Origin: the human T2T-CHM13v2.0 reference genome, Homo sapiens
DNA length: 64,000 bases
Strand: one strand, 5' to 3'
Assembly (NCBI RefSeq): GCF_009914755.1
Contig: NC_060931.1
Part shown: in pieces, positions 37,186 through 51,950 of the stretch
Layout: each line of letters begins with the position of its first letter
How positions within the stretch are numbered: position 1 is the first letter of the stretch
Translations under genes and position numbers: made by a program
Notes under the pieces: model-generated
Database searches by the model: none
Seen by the model: the letters and a program-made list of their open reading frames with translations, nothing else
What the model was told of the DNA's origin: nothing

Positions 37186-37918
37186 GTGATTTACATTTTT
37201 AACTAGTACTCTAGTTGATCATGAGACATGAAGTTCCTTGATTGTACTTCCAGAATTACTGATCAAAGTGTTAAAGCTGTCAGAATAAACTAGAATAAAT
37301 GAAGATGTAATAGAAGAGAGAAACATGATATCAAAACATACCCTTATAGAAAAAGTATTTAGGTATATATAAAAATTCAGATTTTGAGACAAGAATAACC
37401 AAATGTTGAGGATTCCAGGGTTTCTCTTTGTTAATTGGATTTATAACCACCAAGATATCACCTTAGATTCTTATGAGAGGAAAGATATTTCAGAAATTTG
37501 AGATATGTATTGACTAGAAACCAGTTTGTCTCAACAGTGACACAGGTAGTCATATGATCTGAACATATTTCAAATACTCTTTTGACTTTAGCACTATTGT
37601 TACAGAACTTTCTTGTTTTGCTAAGAAATGAATAAGTCAACCAATACTGGGATATGAAGATGTTGATTAAAACATAGTGTATGTACAAGAAAATGATCCG
37701 GCTGTGATTATGTGGGCTCCACTGATTGCCAAGGTTGTTGGCCAATTTTAACTAGCTAGACAGATGCCCTCTTTATCCACACTGCCCTCTTAGGAAAATT
37801 TTCTGAGTTAAACTTCAGAGAGAGTTAATCTCTAACAATCAGGTAAATGATTAGTAAAATGTTTAATATTTGACCAAAAAGGAGTAAGTCGTTAGGTATC
37901 TCTATTAGATTTCTTGGG

Positions 37919-38086
37919 CAGAAGTGGCTGCATAATTTGTAGGGCCTAGTGTAAAATGAAAATGCAGGGTTTCTTATTCATCAATTTTAAGAATTTTAAG
38001 AGTACAGTAAGAGCAGAAGATAGAACCAAGTACAAAGCCCTTCTGAGTGGGGGTTCTCTCTGCTATTACATGTGTCACACACCCTG
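37919..38086 (-). mobile_element. MER45A (hAT-Tip100 MITE)
   Basis: ggctgcataatttgtagggcctagtgtaaaatgaaaatgcaggg...aagaattttaaga...gcccttctgagtgggg matches the reverse complement of recalled MER45A. Confidence 0.8.
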
Positions 38087-41000
38087 CCTCCAAGTGTCTC
38101 TGAGTCATGAATATAGAGAATTCTTGGGGTTTTGGAAAGATGGCTCAGTTACTATGTTAAAAAATAGTGATATAGATGAAGATGATGCATCCAAGATCCA
38201 ATTGGGGAAGTAATGATAATTATGTGGTTACATACATACTCTGATGGCTAGTGACATGTTACATATATTTACTGTGTAAGGGGAATGTTGGGTGGTTTAA
38301 TAGATACAGTTAATTGAAATGATCCTGCATAGTCTGTAGCATGCACTCTGACTAGTTTCTACAACTAATTTAGAATTCAGCAGAATAATGTGAAGTCTTT
38401 TACTACTTAATTAAACTTCTGTAATGCCTGTTTTACCAAGATGAATAAAATACATAAATTGCATGAGGTGACATCTAATGCACACAAAAAAGAGAAATGT
38501 AAAAATCAGAACAGTGGGTACATTAAACTGATTCTTAATAATTGAAACCAATTTAATCATTTGAGATTATTTTATTCTAGCTGACGTAATACTGTAGCAG
38601 TTATATTCTAATTATAACCTGTTTCATTTTACTCTGCCTTTCTAGTTAATTATTACAGTCAATTTGTAAAATGACATGGTTCTACATTTGCATAGGTCAC
38701 TATTAAATAAATGAATAGCTGAAATTACTCTAACATTGAAGTGTCAACTTTGGTAGAAGTCAAGAGGACTTCAAGTGTTCTTCTAACACCCCTTAATGTG
38801 TTAATGACCACTATTAAACTGCAATTAAAAGGCCAGGAAAAATGCATGAAACAGTTAATAGAAAAATAGCACAGACACAATTAAAACGATTCTGGATTTT
38901 TTTTTTTTTTTGACGGATAGAAAATAAAGTGATATTCTGTAAAAAGTGTAGTGTGAATCTTTTTCCAACTCAAGGCAGAGTTGACAGTTTAATGATAACA
39001 AATCATAGGCTGCCTTTTTTGGGAGCATCGAATGTCAGCTTAAAATTAACATCAGTAGTAAACAAGACAATGTGGTGATTTTACCTTGTATTTAAATTAC
39101 TACTTACTATGGTACTAAATAATAGCTGTAAATAACTTGGTGTCCAGATTACTGATATATAGTGTATCTTTGTGAAAAAAAGAGGGACAGTATTGAAAGA
39201 TATGTTTAAGATTTTGTCATTCTAAATAAAGGATAAACGTACATCTTCACTGTGCAGTCTTGTTAGAGTTGCCTGTGAAATCTTTTGCTGAATTGGTTAT
39301 ACATTGAAACCCTAACACTATTATTAGAGTGCTTCATTCACCAAAGTAATGAGTTATGATGATCAGCACAAGCTATATTCCAAGTATTAGGGATTTTGTT
39401 TTATTCAAGAATACACCAGAAAAATTCTTTTAAAATCTTAATTAAAATTATACATGACCATTTAACTTGCAAAAATATTTCAAAACCTTAAGGGTAAATG
39501 CTTTTACAAAGGATACTTTTACAAAGTATAATTTTGGTTAAGTTTTCACCAATTTACCCAGAGTTTTTTCTTCTTGCTCTGGAGTCTTCACAATTGTGAA
39601 ATTCATCTAGAAATTTCTTATCAGATGCTTTTTACTGAGTACCAGACATGGATGCACCAAATGTTTGTGTTAAAGACTGCCTTTGTACATTGACCTATGA
39701 GTATGATGGCTAACTATAGTTGGGAATACCAAAGAACAAAGAAGCCAGGCACCATAACAGTTACCAGGGTATTTATGTCTTTTTTCCATGGGTACATTAA
39801 TACCACAACCATAACTAGATTTTTGCTTTGAAGTATCTATGTTGTCTTGCTTCTACACTTAAATTTGTATATAAAATTGATTATAATTCAGGTAGGCATA
39901 TGTTCATTATAAATTCACGTCTAATAGTGGGTCCTTGATAATGGCAACCTAGTCGGTTCTGATTATTGTTCTTGATGATTGGTGAAATATGACGTTAGTG
40001 GTATGCTTTGAGTGTATAATATTTATATACTTTTAATATCAACTACATAAAAACATCACTTGATCCATGTCTAAAATCTAACCAGTGGGGAAAATTGCAC
40101 AAAGTACTCAGTATCATAGAAATACTTTATAGTAGCCTAAGAGAGAAATAAAATATCAATTTTATTATTGCAGCCCAAAGTTAGAAGTTCTTTAGAGGCA
40201 CCAAGATCAGGTTCTGCATTGGGGAGCACAGTCAATACGCCATTGTATAGGTTCCTTCTATGCCTGATCACCAGAAGTGGTTAGAAGAACATTTATCAAT
40301 AGCATGTCACTCAGTATATGAATTAAACATTTGGGAGTGAATATTTCAAGTGTTACAACCCCCTCTTTTAAGAGGTCATGGGAAAATGGATTGGGGTAAT
40401 TATCGCCTAGTCCCAGAGGGTATTTTAAAAAGAAAATTTATTTTTAGTTTACATTACTATTTCAATATCCACTACATAAATTCTGTTGTCTCTTATTCTT
40501 AAAAAATTTTATTGACAATTCCTTTTTAAAAATTTATTTTCTTACATTATAAGCTACCCTTAACAGTAAGGCATTTTTCTTGTAATTTTTGTCAAAAAAA
40601 TAAAAGGAGAAAGAACCATGTAGTAGTTATGTCTATGATTACAACCTGGCACATTTGAATCGGTGAAATAGAAGTGCCTATTTGAATGTCAGTCTCTCCA
40701 TGTACATAAAATGGCAACTGCAATAAAGTTATGCTATTTTCTGTGTCTCCATCTCAGAAGCTTTTTTCAAAGTTGTTTAACCAATTCCATAAATGGCTCT
40801 CAGTTCTATGTGTCATATTTTGCATTCACAAAGTGAAGATAGACGTAACTGTTACTTAGATACCTTTTTTTTTTGTAATGCATGTACTAGATCATAACAA
40901 AAAAAGGAGATCCAGGAGGTAGTGGTCACATTGCAGGTTCCCTGAGTGTTCCTTATGGAAGAGGTGATAGAGGAAAGGGGACATGATTCCTTCCTCATGC

Positions 41001-41839
41001 TTAGAACTTAAGAACCAAAAACATAACACATATGGGGAAAGCATCAATTAAAGCCATTATAGAAACATTAGCTAACAATCCAGATAAACAGGGAAAGTTC
41101 TAATAAATCTGACACTTTTCAGGACAAATTATGACCATCGCATAACTCCATCCACAGCAACATTATTTGTGCTGCACACAATTACTGTAGTTAAAATGTG
41201 AATTCCGCTAGGCTTAAAACATAGTTCTAAAAGTGTTGGGGCAAGGGAAAAAGTATGCCATCAAATTGTCTCTATTCCAAAAGAAAAGAAAGTCTTCTCT
41301 GTAATGTGGGAAAGGTGTGGAGTTTGTGATGTGGAATACAAGGCAAAGGGTTGCTCCAATCTATGACCTTTGCGCTGCTTGTAGAAAAACAGATCATGGT
41401 CTGACTGTAAACATGGATGATAGTAGTATCTGGACTTTTTTGTACCAATTGGAATAGTCAGACCTCATCAGATAAGTAGGGTCAGGTTTGAGAAATCAAA
41501 GGCGAAACAAAAGCAGAAAAGAAGCACTCAGATCAACATAGAGGAAATAAGAATCAGGATGGTAAACCAACACCAGAAAAGCCAGAAGTGCCATTCCTCA
41601 GAGTCCATCATTATATTACAGAGGGTGGCAGGAGCACTGAAGTATCTAATCCCCCAGCCCTGCCCCACCCGGAGTCTTTCTTACACCTAACCATGCCTTG
41701 AAAAAAAAAAAAAAGACTCTCTCAGTACTGCACCTCACACCCAACATGGTTTTGTTTATCCTAGAAATATCCCAGACTTTGTACCACCACAGGACTAAGG
41801 CAACAAATCCGTGCCTGTATTAAAAGTCTGCAGGGACAA

Positions 41840-42465
41840 ACAACAAGCTACCTGAAAGAAAAAATAGCCAAGAAGGCAATCACATTTATAACAGCTACAA
41901 AGGAGATAAAATACCTGGAAATAAATTTAACCAAGGATGTGAAAGACCTCTACGAGAAACACTGCAAGAGATGGATAAAAGAAATTGAAGAGGATACAAA
42001 CAACTGGAAAGACATCCCATGATCCTGGATCAGAAGAATATTGTTAAAATGACCATACTGCCCAAAGCAGTCTACAGATGGAATGCAATCTCTATTAAAA
42101 CACCAATGACATTCTTTATAGAAATAGAAAAAAACAGAAAACTAAAATGTGTATGGAACTACAAAAGACCCCAAATAGCCAAAGCAATTCTAAACAAAAA
42201 AGAACGAAGCTGGAGATATCACACTACCAGACTTCAAAATATGCTATAAAGGTGAAGTAACCAAAACAGCATGGCACTGATGTAAAAATAGACACATAGA
42301 CCAATAGAACAAAATGCAGAATCCAGAAATTAATAAACGTATCTATAGTCAATGATACTGATTTTTGACAAGGGCACCAGGAACACTCAGTAGGAAAAAT
42401 ATAGTCTCTTTTAATAAATGATGCGGAGCAAACTGGATATTCATATGCAGAAGAATGAAACTAAA
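41840..42465 (+). mobile_element. L1 (L1MA/M2-type) ORF2 internal fragment
   Basis: Translates [32 protein letters not shown]...[13 protein letters not shown], the L1 ORF2 post-RT region. Confidence 0.9.
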
Positions 42466-42808
42466 TGAATATTGGGATCAATCGGACAAGGGGCTCTTTT
42501 TACTTAAGCAACTGAGAGTGTCATCTCGACTCTAAGTGAAAATTAAATGTACCAAAAAAAACACAAATTAAAAAATTGCAAAATAAATGTGTTATTAAAG
42601 TTCAGAGGAAGAAAATATTACTTCTAGTTAGTTGAAATCCAAGTTTTAAATAAGTTGATTGTTTATGGAGAGACTGAGCTTGGACACACCCAAGTTGAGA
42701 GAAGAACAACATGTAAAGTGGTGGACCTAGTAGGGACAATGGCAAAGAACTGAAAGTTCTATTTTGCGGCAGTCAAAGGATATGTACCTGACTCCCCCTG
42801 TGTATTAG

Positions 42809-43072
<264 letters not shown>

Positions 43073-43123
43073 TAGTGGAGAAGACTAGCGACAAAAAGAA
43101 GTTAAGAAGGCTCTTGTATGTTA

Positions 43124-43339
<216 letters not shown>

Positions 43340-43528
43340 TATTTTTTTCTTTTTATGAGATTCAGTATAATTGAGTATATTATTAGTGTACTCATTTTAG
43401 GAGAACATTTTTATGAATTTCCTTTGGAGACGCAAAGATTAGAATATTCTTCTTCTGTAGCTGGCTGTTTAGAAACTGCCCTCATATTGTCCTGGTGGCC
43501 TCAGCATCTTCAAGTAGCTTCTTGTATA

Positions 43529-44092
<564 letters not shown>

Positions 44093-47000
44093 CAAAATAG
44101 TTTAGTTGATTTTCCAAAATTAAGTCAGTTACTTTTTTTCTGTGGATGTCTTAGCTAATTTTAGCAATTGCTTTCATCATATTCAAAATACCTTATTTTC
44201 AAATAGTGAAATATTATAATAAGTGTAGTTATCAAAACAGTTCAGTTATTTTGCTATTCAAATATTTTCCTAAATTTTTGTTTTAATTTCAAGGAATTGC
44301 CATAGTGAGTATTCAGAATAATTTTTTAAATTGGAATTCAGTGACCTTTGAAAATGTTTGATAGATACAGGAGATAGTTATAATGTTTGGAATAATAGGA
44401 ATAAAAAGAACAATATGAAAGGTTGAGTAGGTCAGAAGAATGAAATTTAAAAGGACACAGAGATGTTTATATACAGACAAAGCAAAAGGAGAGAAAACTT
44501 CCTGACATGCTTCTCAAAACCCTTCTAGTGTAGGAGTCACCATTTTCTAGGCTGAAGAAGAAAAAGAGTCAAATCACTTAATTGAATCAATTTAAAATAG
44601 TTTTCATTGTAAGGCCAATTGAAAATATAACTCAGGAGAATAAAATAGAGAAAAAAAGGCCATAAGAAGAGGCACAAGATACAGAAAAGATAATGAAAAA
44701 GAAAAAAAATATTAACAATGGAGATGAAAGGAGAGCACAGAGAAAAAAATAAATAAAAAACAGAAGGAAAAATGCATGGCAAAAAGTCAGAAGTATGTCC
44801 AAATACTCAGGCAGTGTAACTCTGGAAAAGTTGGAGTTGAAATAGTGCCACCATAATTAACTTACATATTTTTAAACACTGAAAAATTATCCTTTTAAAA
44901 TGCACTTAAAGTAAAATTTAAAAGTCTATATAACTGATTAAAATTTTTTTAAATGCAAGTTTTAATCAATGTTCTTTCTATAATGTTATTTTATTATTAA
45001 TTTAGAACTATTCCTTTTGCTTAATTTTCAGAGGCAATATTTTAAATCAGCAATTGCTTTGAATATATTAGAATGAGTTATTCATTTTTTTAAAACAAGT
45101 AACTAGATACTAAACAAAAAAACTAATTGTAAAGTTGAGAAAATATAGATCTATTTAAAGCTGAGATGACAGTTGTTGAGCATTGTGATGTATCATCTTG
45201 ACATGAACTGAATGAGGTAGATTACTGACTGACACTAGCAATGTCAGAATTTACATTACAGCACACACAAACTCTGTGGAAATATACTATTAGCACCCAC
45301 AGTAAGCAGTGATGAGTAATGAGATAAAAATTGACAACGTCAATAGTCATAAGCCCTCACAGTCAAGAATAATGAACTACATGTGTGTACATATAGGTGT
45401 ATATTCATAGATATATGCATAATGAAACATACCCTTCATAATTTCCATCAAAATTAAATTTTGCGTGGCAATAAATGCTCTATGAATACATAGGTGATAA
45501 AATTAATTTTGGTCAAGATTAAATGTAGACTATGTTTGCAGCAAAGGACAATGACAAAGATGGTATTATAATAATCCTTTAGAGATAGGGTGATCTGAAC
45601 CACATGTTTTTCTTCCTTTACATAAAAACATGGCCAAAAATATCTATTCTTATTTTTAACTTTTTCTAATTTATACTGTGCTAATTAAGTTAGCCTTTTG
45701 CACACCTGATCTAGAAATGCACTGAGCATTAGATACAAAGTGGTTTTCTTTTTATTATAATCTCATATATTAAAATTTCTTCTTTATAATTTAAAAAGCA
45801 TGACACATCTTCCTCAGATTTTTTTTTTTTGTAAATTGGAACTTCATGAAAGAAAAATGCATGTGTCATTTTTTAGAACAGTTTAGTTAGGAATTATTAA
45901 GCAAGCAAAAATCTGAGTGATTTTAGTGCATGTTTAACAATGCTGTGAAAATTTACTATAAGAGTAAAATTTAACATATTGTTGAGAGTGTATCTGCACA
46001 CCCACTTTGACTTGCACTTTTTTTTTCAAGAGATGGCCTTATATTATTTCCATTTTATTCTTGTCTTTTTTTTTTTTTTTTTTAGGAAACAATATGAAAA
46101 ATGTTGGTGATTCCTCTTTGTATTTGCCAAGGCATCCGAGGTAGACAAAGGAGTTTCACTCAGTTCTGTGGATTAGTACCCCTGCAATTGCAAGCTCAGA
46201 AACCTGATGCATAGCCAGAAAGAAAGGAGGAGTATGGAGAGAGATGTGGCTCAAGTTCTATTCATATGTCATGTAGGCTGACAATTGTCGGTGGCTGGCC
46301 TGTGCACTGGCAGTGAGGGGCACGTCCCAGGGAGATGAACCCTCTAACTACCAATAACCCTCAGTGGATCAAAATGAAAGATGATAAGGAAAGAATAGTA
46401 GGATCCTGTCCAGGAAAACCAAAGAGGCATTCAGCTTTTGGCAGCTAAGTTAAGTAGATTACTGACTCCTTAAATTAAAAAGATTGTTGCAAATTCTTTC
46501 TATGTCCTCTTTCTGGTGTGGTAGTGGAGTTTCTAGGCTATCAGAGAACACACGTACAATTCATAATGAATTAACTTCAAACCAAACTCCTCTCTCTCTC
46601 TCTGTCTCTCTCACACACACACAGACACACACGTGTGGATTTATCTGTTTCATCGTTTGCCCTTAGAATAAGATTAAATTAATAATAATATAAAATAAAT
46701 AGAAATCTTTCTCCATATTTGAAATTATTTCTTCAGCTTTATTGTTATATTTCAGATATTGCAGCTAAAAATTCAACATAATTCTATTACATATTTTCTA
46801 TTATATATTCATAACAGAAAAATATCAGATTTTTTTCATGTAAAACAAACTGCAATTTTCTGAATTTACCTAATTGCTGAGATATATATGTATAATGTTC
46901 TTTATATATTTCTGCATATCATCTCTCACCTGTCTATATTTGCTTTGTAGATTTCACTTTCAATAAATCCATACTCCGGTTCAGTTCTGTTGCAAGGGAC

Positions 47001-48624
47001 TAAATACATGTGTTTTTGGCAAAACAGCAAATTTGAGTTTGAAAACTACATAAAGTAACCTGCACAAAGTTAAATATGCCAATAGAGGGGGATTAAAAGT
47101 AAATTAGTCATTCTTAAATGACTTAAGCAATGAGTCATTCTTAAAACCTGAAAATGGAAAGGAAAGAATACAAATAAATAGATGTATAATATTTCCTAAT
47201 TGAGAAAAACCTCATTTAGATTATGAAAAGTGAGGCATATTTTCTAATTATTTAGATGTTTTTGAATTGCTCTTTTTATTCCTCGAGAAAATATTCCCAG
47301 AATAATTTTTGTTTCATTTTAAATTTTATTGTATAAAATATCTAATGCTGATATCACTCTCCACATTGGATTAATTATCTAGTCTGAATAAACTTTAATT
47401 GAGCCATTTAAAATATGTGCAGCTGTTGTGAACAGAAATAGGCAGATAGTTTATCTCATTAGTATTAATTTAAATGTTCCCAGTTTTGCACGTTTTTAGG
47501 CAGGATGTATGTTTTATAGTAATTCTTCAGTCATATATTTTAAGAGAATGAACAAACTATTTTGTTTGAAAACCACTTATCAGATGTCAGTATTTGTTTT
47601 CTAAATGTATCAAAACTGTTGAGAGTGCACTTGTTCCTATACAACTTTTTAGTGGTCTTAGCTGTATATGACAGTAACCTGAATTTTTAAAAATTCATTT
47701 CATTATATAATTACTTATATTGTTAACCTGATATCTTTTAGGCATTTTAATTTAGCTTGCATTATTCAAATATCTTTACTTTAGTGAAAATATGATTGTT
47801 TGGTAAATAGATGTCAAATCTAATATTCGCCCTTGCTTTTCTATGTTCTCAAAGTTAAAACAGAAGTAGAGAAAGAAGATAAACTTATTTCAAGTATGTT
47901 TTTGTAAAAACTTCTGATGTATACTTTTATTGTGCAAGATGTCATTGTTGTTGTGTTGGTTTGGCTTTTCTCTGATATTAGATTTTTAGGTGTATAATAA
48001 TTTCTATGTTTTGAAAGGGAAATGTTCCAGCTTCTAACTGTACCTCTCTTTTTATGAATACTCTTAAATATCAAAGGTATATTCTTTCACCCACTGACTC
48101 TAGCTGACAAATAATTGATAGTCTTATTGTTTTCATTTGTCAACTGCTTTCATTTTTTTCTAAGGAAAAAAATGTTTAAAAAGATCAGTTGTAGAGATAC
48201 AAAACACAGCAACAAAACTCCAGCCATACTCGTATTTATTTTTAGATTATATGTTTAAGTAACCAATTGCTCATGAATAGTACTTTGGTTGTATCTTTTC
48301 CTTGTTTCATTAAGATGAAGCATTGAATATGAATGCTAGCATACCTGAGCATTAGGAAATGGAAATGATCTTGCTCTTAAAGTACATTTAATTTTAAAAC
48401 GGAGTTCTGATGTGTAGACATGTATAACTATACATAGATGTGTATCATAAATGAAAGTATAAATATATCTATGTATGTAGATTTGAAGGAAAAAGACATA
48501 TAGATGTTTTGTCCTGATGACTTCAGCCACAGCAGCATTTTCCTTGTTTTCATACCTGTACTAACTAACAGCACAAGTGTGGCAAACATCATTATTTCTG
48601 TTTTCCTCTACTCTTTTTCTCCAG

Positions 48625-48637
48625 TTCCCAAACAGTG
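48625..48637 (+). other. Candidate 13-nt microexon (TTCCCAAACAGTG)
   Basis: TACTAACTAAC at 48559-48569, pyrimidine tract ending ...ctctttttctccAG (48624), donor G|GTAAGA (48638), downstream UG-rich tract and TGCATG (48678-48683). Host transcript unknown. Confidence 0.45.
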
Positions 48638-49004
48638 GTAAGATATGTGTGTATGTATTTGTGTGTGTGTTTGTTTCTGCATGATATGTGTATATCCTTA
48701 ATATGGGTACACTTATATATTCTGTTTAAATTACTTTAAGTGAAAAATAGAATTGCTATGCAAATATTTTCAAAATAATATATATCAGTAAGACTAAAAT
48801 ACATCTGAGAGCATATCTAACATATATTTGCAGTTCTAACAAGTCAAGTATTTAGATTTTTTGAGAAAAAATACATTTGTTTCAAATATGTTAAGTGGAC
48901 ACTCTTCTTTGAGCTGGCAGTATTTTAAGAGTTTTGTTTCTGTGTTTTGTATTTCTGCATCTAATCTTTTTAAACTTTTTTCTTTAGCGTCATGGACAAA
49001 TAAA

Positions 49005-49200
49005 AATAATGAGTTACCATTTACATGCCAGGCACTGTGTTAAATACTTTTCATGAATTATTGTATTTAATATTAACCACAAAACCGTGAGTTAGATATT
49101 ATTATCCCCATCCTACAGGATGGTTAAGAAATCATCCAGGGTCACATAGCTACTAAGCAGGAGATTCAGATTTCAGATAAAGCTTATGTTTTATGCCTTA
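49005..49200 (-). mobile_element. MIR
   Basis: atgccaggcactgtgttaaatacttt...attattatccccatcctacagga...cagggtcacatagctactaag. Confidence 0.8.
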
Positions 49201-50345
49201 TAATATGCAGCACATGCTAGAAACCACTGATATCTGCCCTCTAGGATTTATATAGGAGTGCTTTTTGTTTTGATGGAGAAAACATGGAAAAATAGAAAAT
49301 GAGACCATAATTCTATATTTGATGGGGCACAAATATATATTGCTTTATTTTCCTTCTAAGAATAAACCAGCTATTATCCAGGAAATCAGAACTTCCAACT
49401 TGTCTCAAAAATTCTAGTCACTTTGTAAGGCATAATTTCTTAGATTTAAATTTCATGGTAATATAAATTTCATCTTCCATATTATATACACACATAGAAA
49501 TGAATATATGAATAAACATTATCAAGACAGATTTTGAATGACCTCAGAATTGAGGGTTAGATAAAATGTTTTAGAATGAAAATACATAGTATCATCCTGA
49601 AATGAATAATTTATTTAGGAATACATTCAGTGGAATCTATCCTTTATTTTAGCACACTAGATCAGATTTTCCTTCCCTTTTTATGACAAGCCATCTCCTA
49701 AGTAAGCAGAATTCCTATATATGTCAAAGTGGATACTAAATGGCAAAGTAAGTAAAAAATCTAGTCCAATAAATGTGTAGAAAAGTTCAACTCATTTTAT
49801 GGATTAAAATTATATAATTAACAAAAGAGACAAATTGCAAGCTATTCGAGGTATTTGAAAAGCAACATAGCACTGAGGAAAAATAGCTGAATTACGTTTA
49901 AAAATTTCCAGTATCTACTGTGTGTAAGGCACTATGCTAGTGTAGAATACTACTGAAATTTAACATTAACACACATAAATAAAATATTTTATGAATTATA
50001 TTTCAATCTAAATCTAGTGCTGCCTTTGAAAGGCATATTTTTAAATTTTCCAAAAGCTTGATAGAATTAGAAATTCATATTTTTCTATGCAATAACATTC
50101 TCAAAACTGTTAACTTTTACTTAACTTCAGATAACTCCTTTCCAACTCTTTAAAAGTGTATATCAAATAATTGTATTTAGAATAGCAGAATTAAAATTGT
50201 GAAATATTTATCTCAAAGAATTGTGACCAAACATTATATTATATGGCATTCTGGACAGTCTTCTAGCCAGGTATTCACTGTAGACACACTAACATACTAC
50301 ACTGAGAAAAAGAAGGTTTCATCTTATATTAAAAATGGTTTGCTA

Positions 50346-50714
<369 letters not shown>

Positions 50715-51589
50715 TCAAAATGATTTTTGTGAAAATTTATCCTAGAATGTATTTTTAAAACATTTCCACTAAGCAAATTTATTACCATTATTGTCTCTTA
50801 CCTGGAAGACCACAGACACATTGGGGGTTGGGAGTGGGGCTACCTTTTAACTGTTTTAACTCAATTGTGGTGCAAACATTAATATTCAAAATTATCAGTC
50901 CCACTTCATATCATTCTTGCTTTACCCTCAAAAACAATTGTACTTAGGGTCAAGAAGGACATTTTTTAAATGTTCTAATAACTTTTTCGACTTCTGAAAG
51001 TTATACAATCATTACCTACATGCTTTGTTTGCTCATCATTGTTAGAGATGTCAAAAATAATTTGATTTCTTACATAGCAGTGTGAAGGAGAGATTTTTAA
51101 TATTTTTTTCCATAATATGGTCAAAATATCTTGACGAAAGCAACATTTTCTTAATTTCAACAATCAGAGTAACAAACTGTGATTTTTAAAAAAGCTGTTT
51201 TTGTTGGCTTAGACAATAAAAGGTAATCCACAACTATTACCATAAACACTTATGGCTAATTCGTGTTGTTCTGCATCATGTTAGGAGATTATATCTATCA
51301 AGAGCCAGATGAGCTTGGCTAATAATAAAAGGAGAGATGGATTCTACTGAAAATAGGAAATAAAATGAATAATCGTACTTTAGATTGTTAGATGGATAAA
51401 TTTACTTGTAATAGATATAACTTAAATCATATATTTTTCTTGCTTGAAAATATATTCACCGGCTACAACAAGAAACAAAACAGTTAGGTTTTTTCTTATA
51501 TTGCCAATTTGTTCATAAACATTTTCATTGCATTTATCATATTTAAATATATATCGTTGCCATCAATCTGTCCTTATCTACGTTCACGT

Positions 51590-51950
51590 AATAATACCTA
51601 CCATGATTAAGCACCCATTATGTTCGTTTAATCCTCCCTGAAACTCTGCAGGACAGATATTTTCATTCCCATTTTACCAATGCAGATGCCAAACTTCTAC
51701 AGCAGTGTGTACATTTCTTGGGTCACAGGGGCAAACAGTAGCAGAGAACAGCTTGAGTCCTCATCTGTATGGCTCACTAGATGGTCCATAGTAACAACAT
51801 CCAGTCCTATATCATCCTGTCTTCTACCTTCACCCAGATCTAATTTAGTCTCATTAACATGAAGGCGAAGACTACAGGAGTTAATATTTGTATGTCTAGG
51901 CATTAGCACAGTGCCTGGAACCCTATAGGCAGTCAATAAATGTTAACTCA
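51590..51950. mobile_element. MIR fragment (-) followed by an L2 tail (+)
   Basis: attcccattttaccaatgcagatg...gggtcacag; then tagcacagtgcctggaaccctataggcagtcaataaatgtt. Confidence 0.65.

Noticed and set aside
46060-46146. Poly-T tract ending in AG followed by GAG|GTAGAC
   Set aside because: The acceptor strength comes from a mononucleotide run and the donor is weak.
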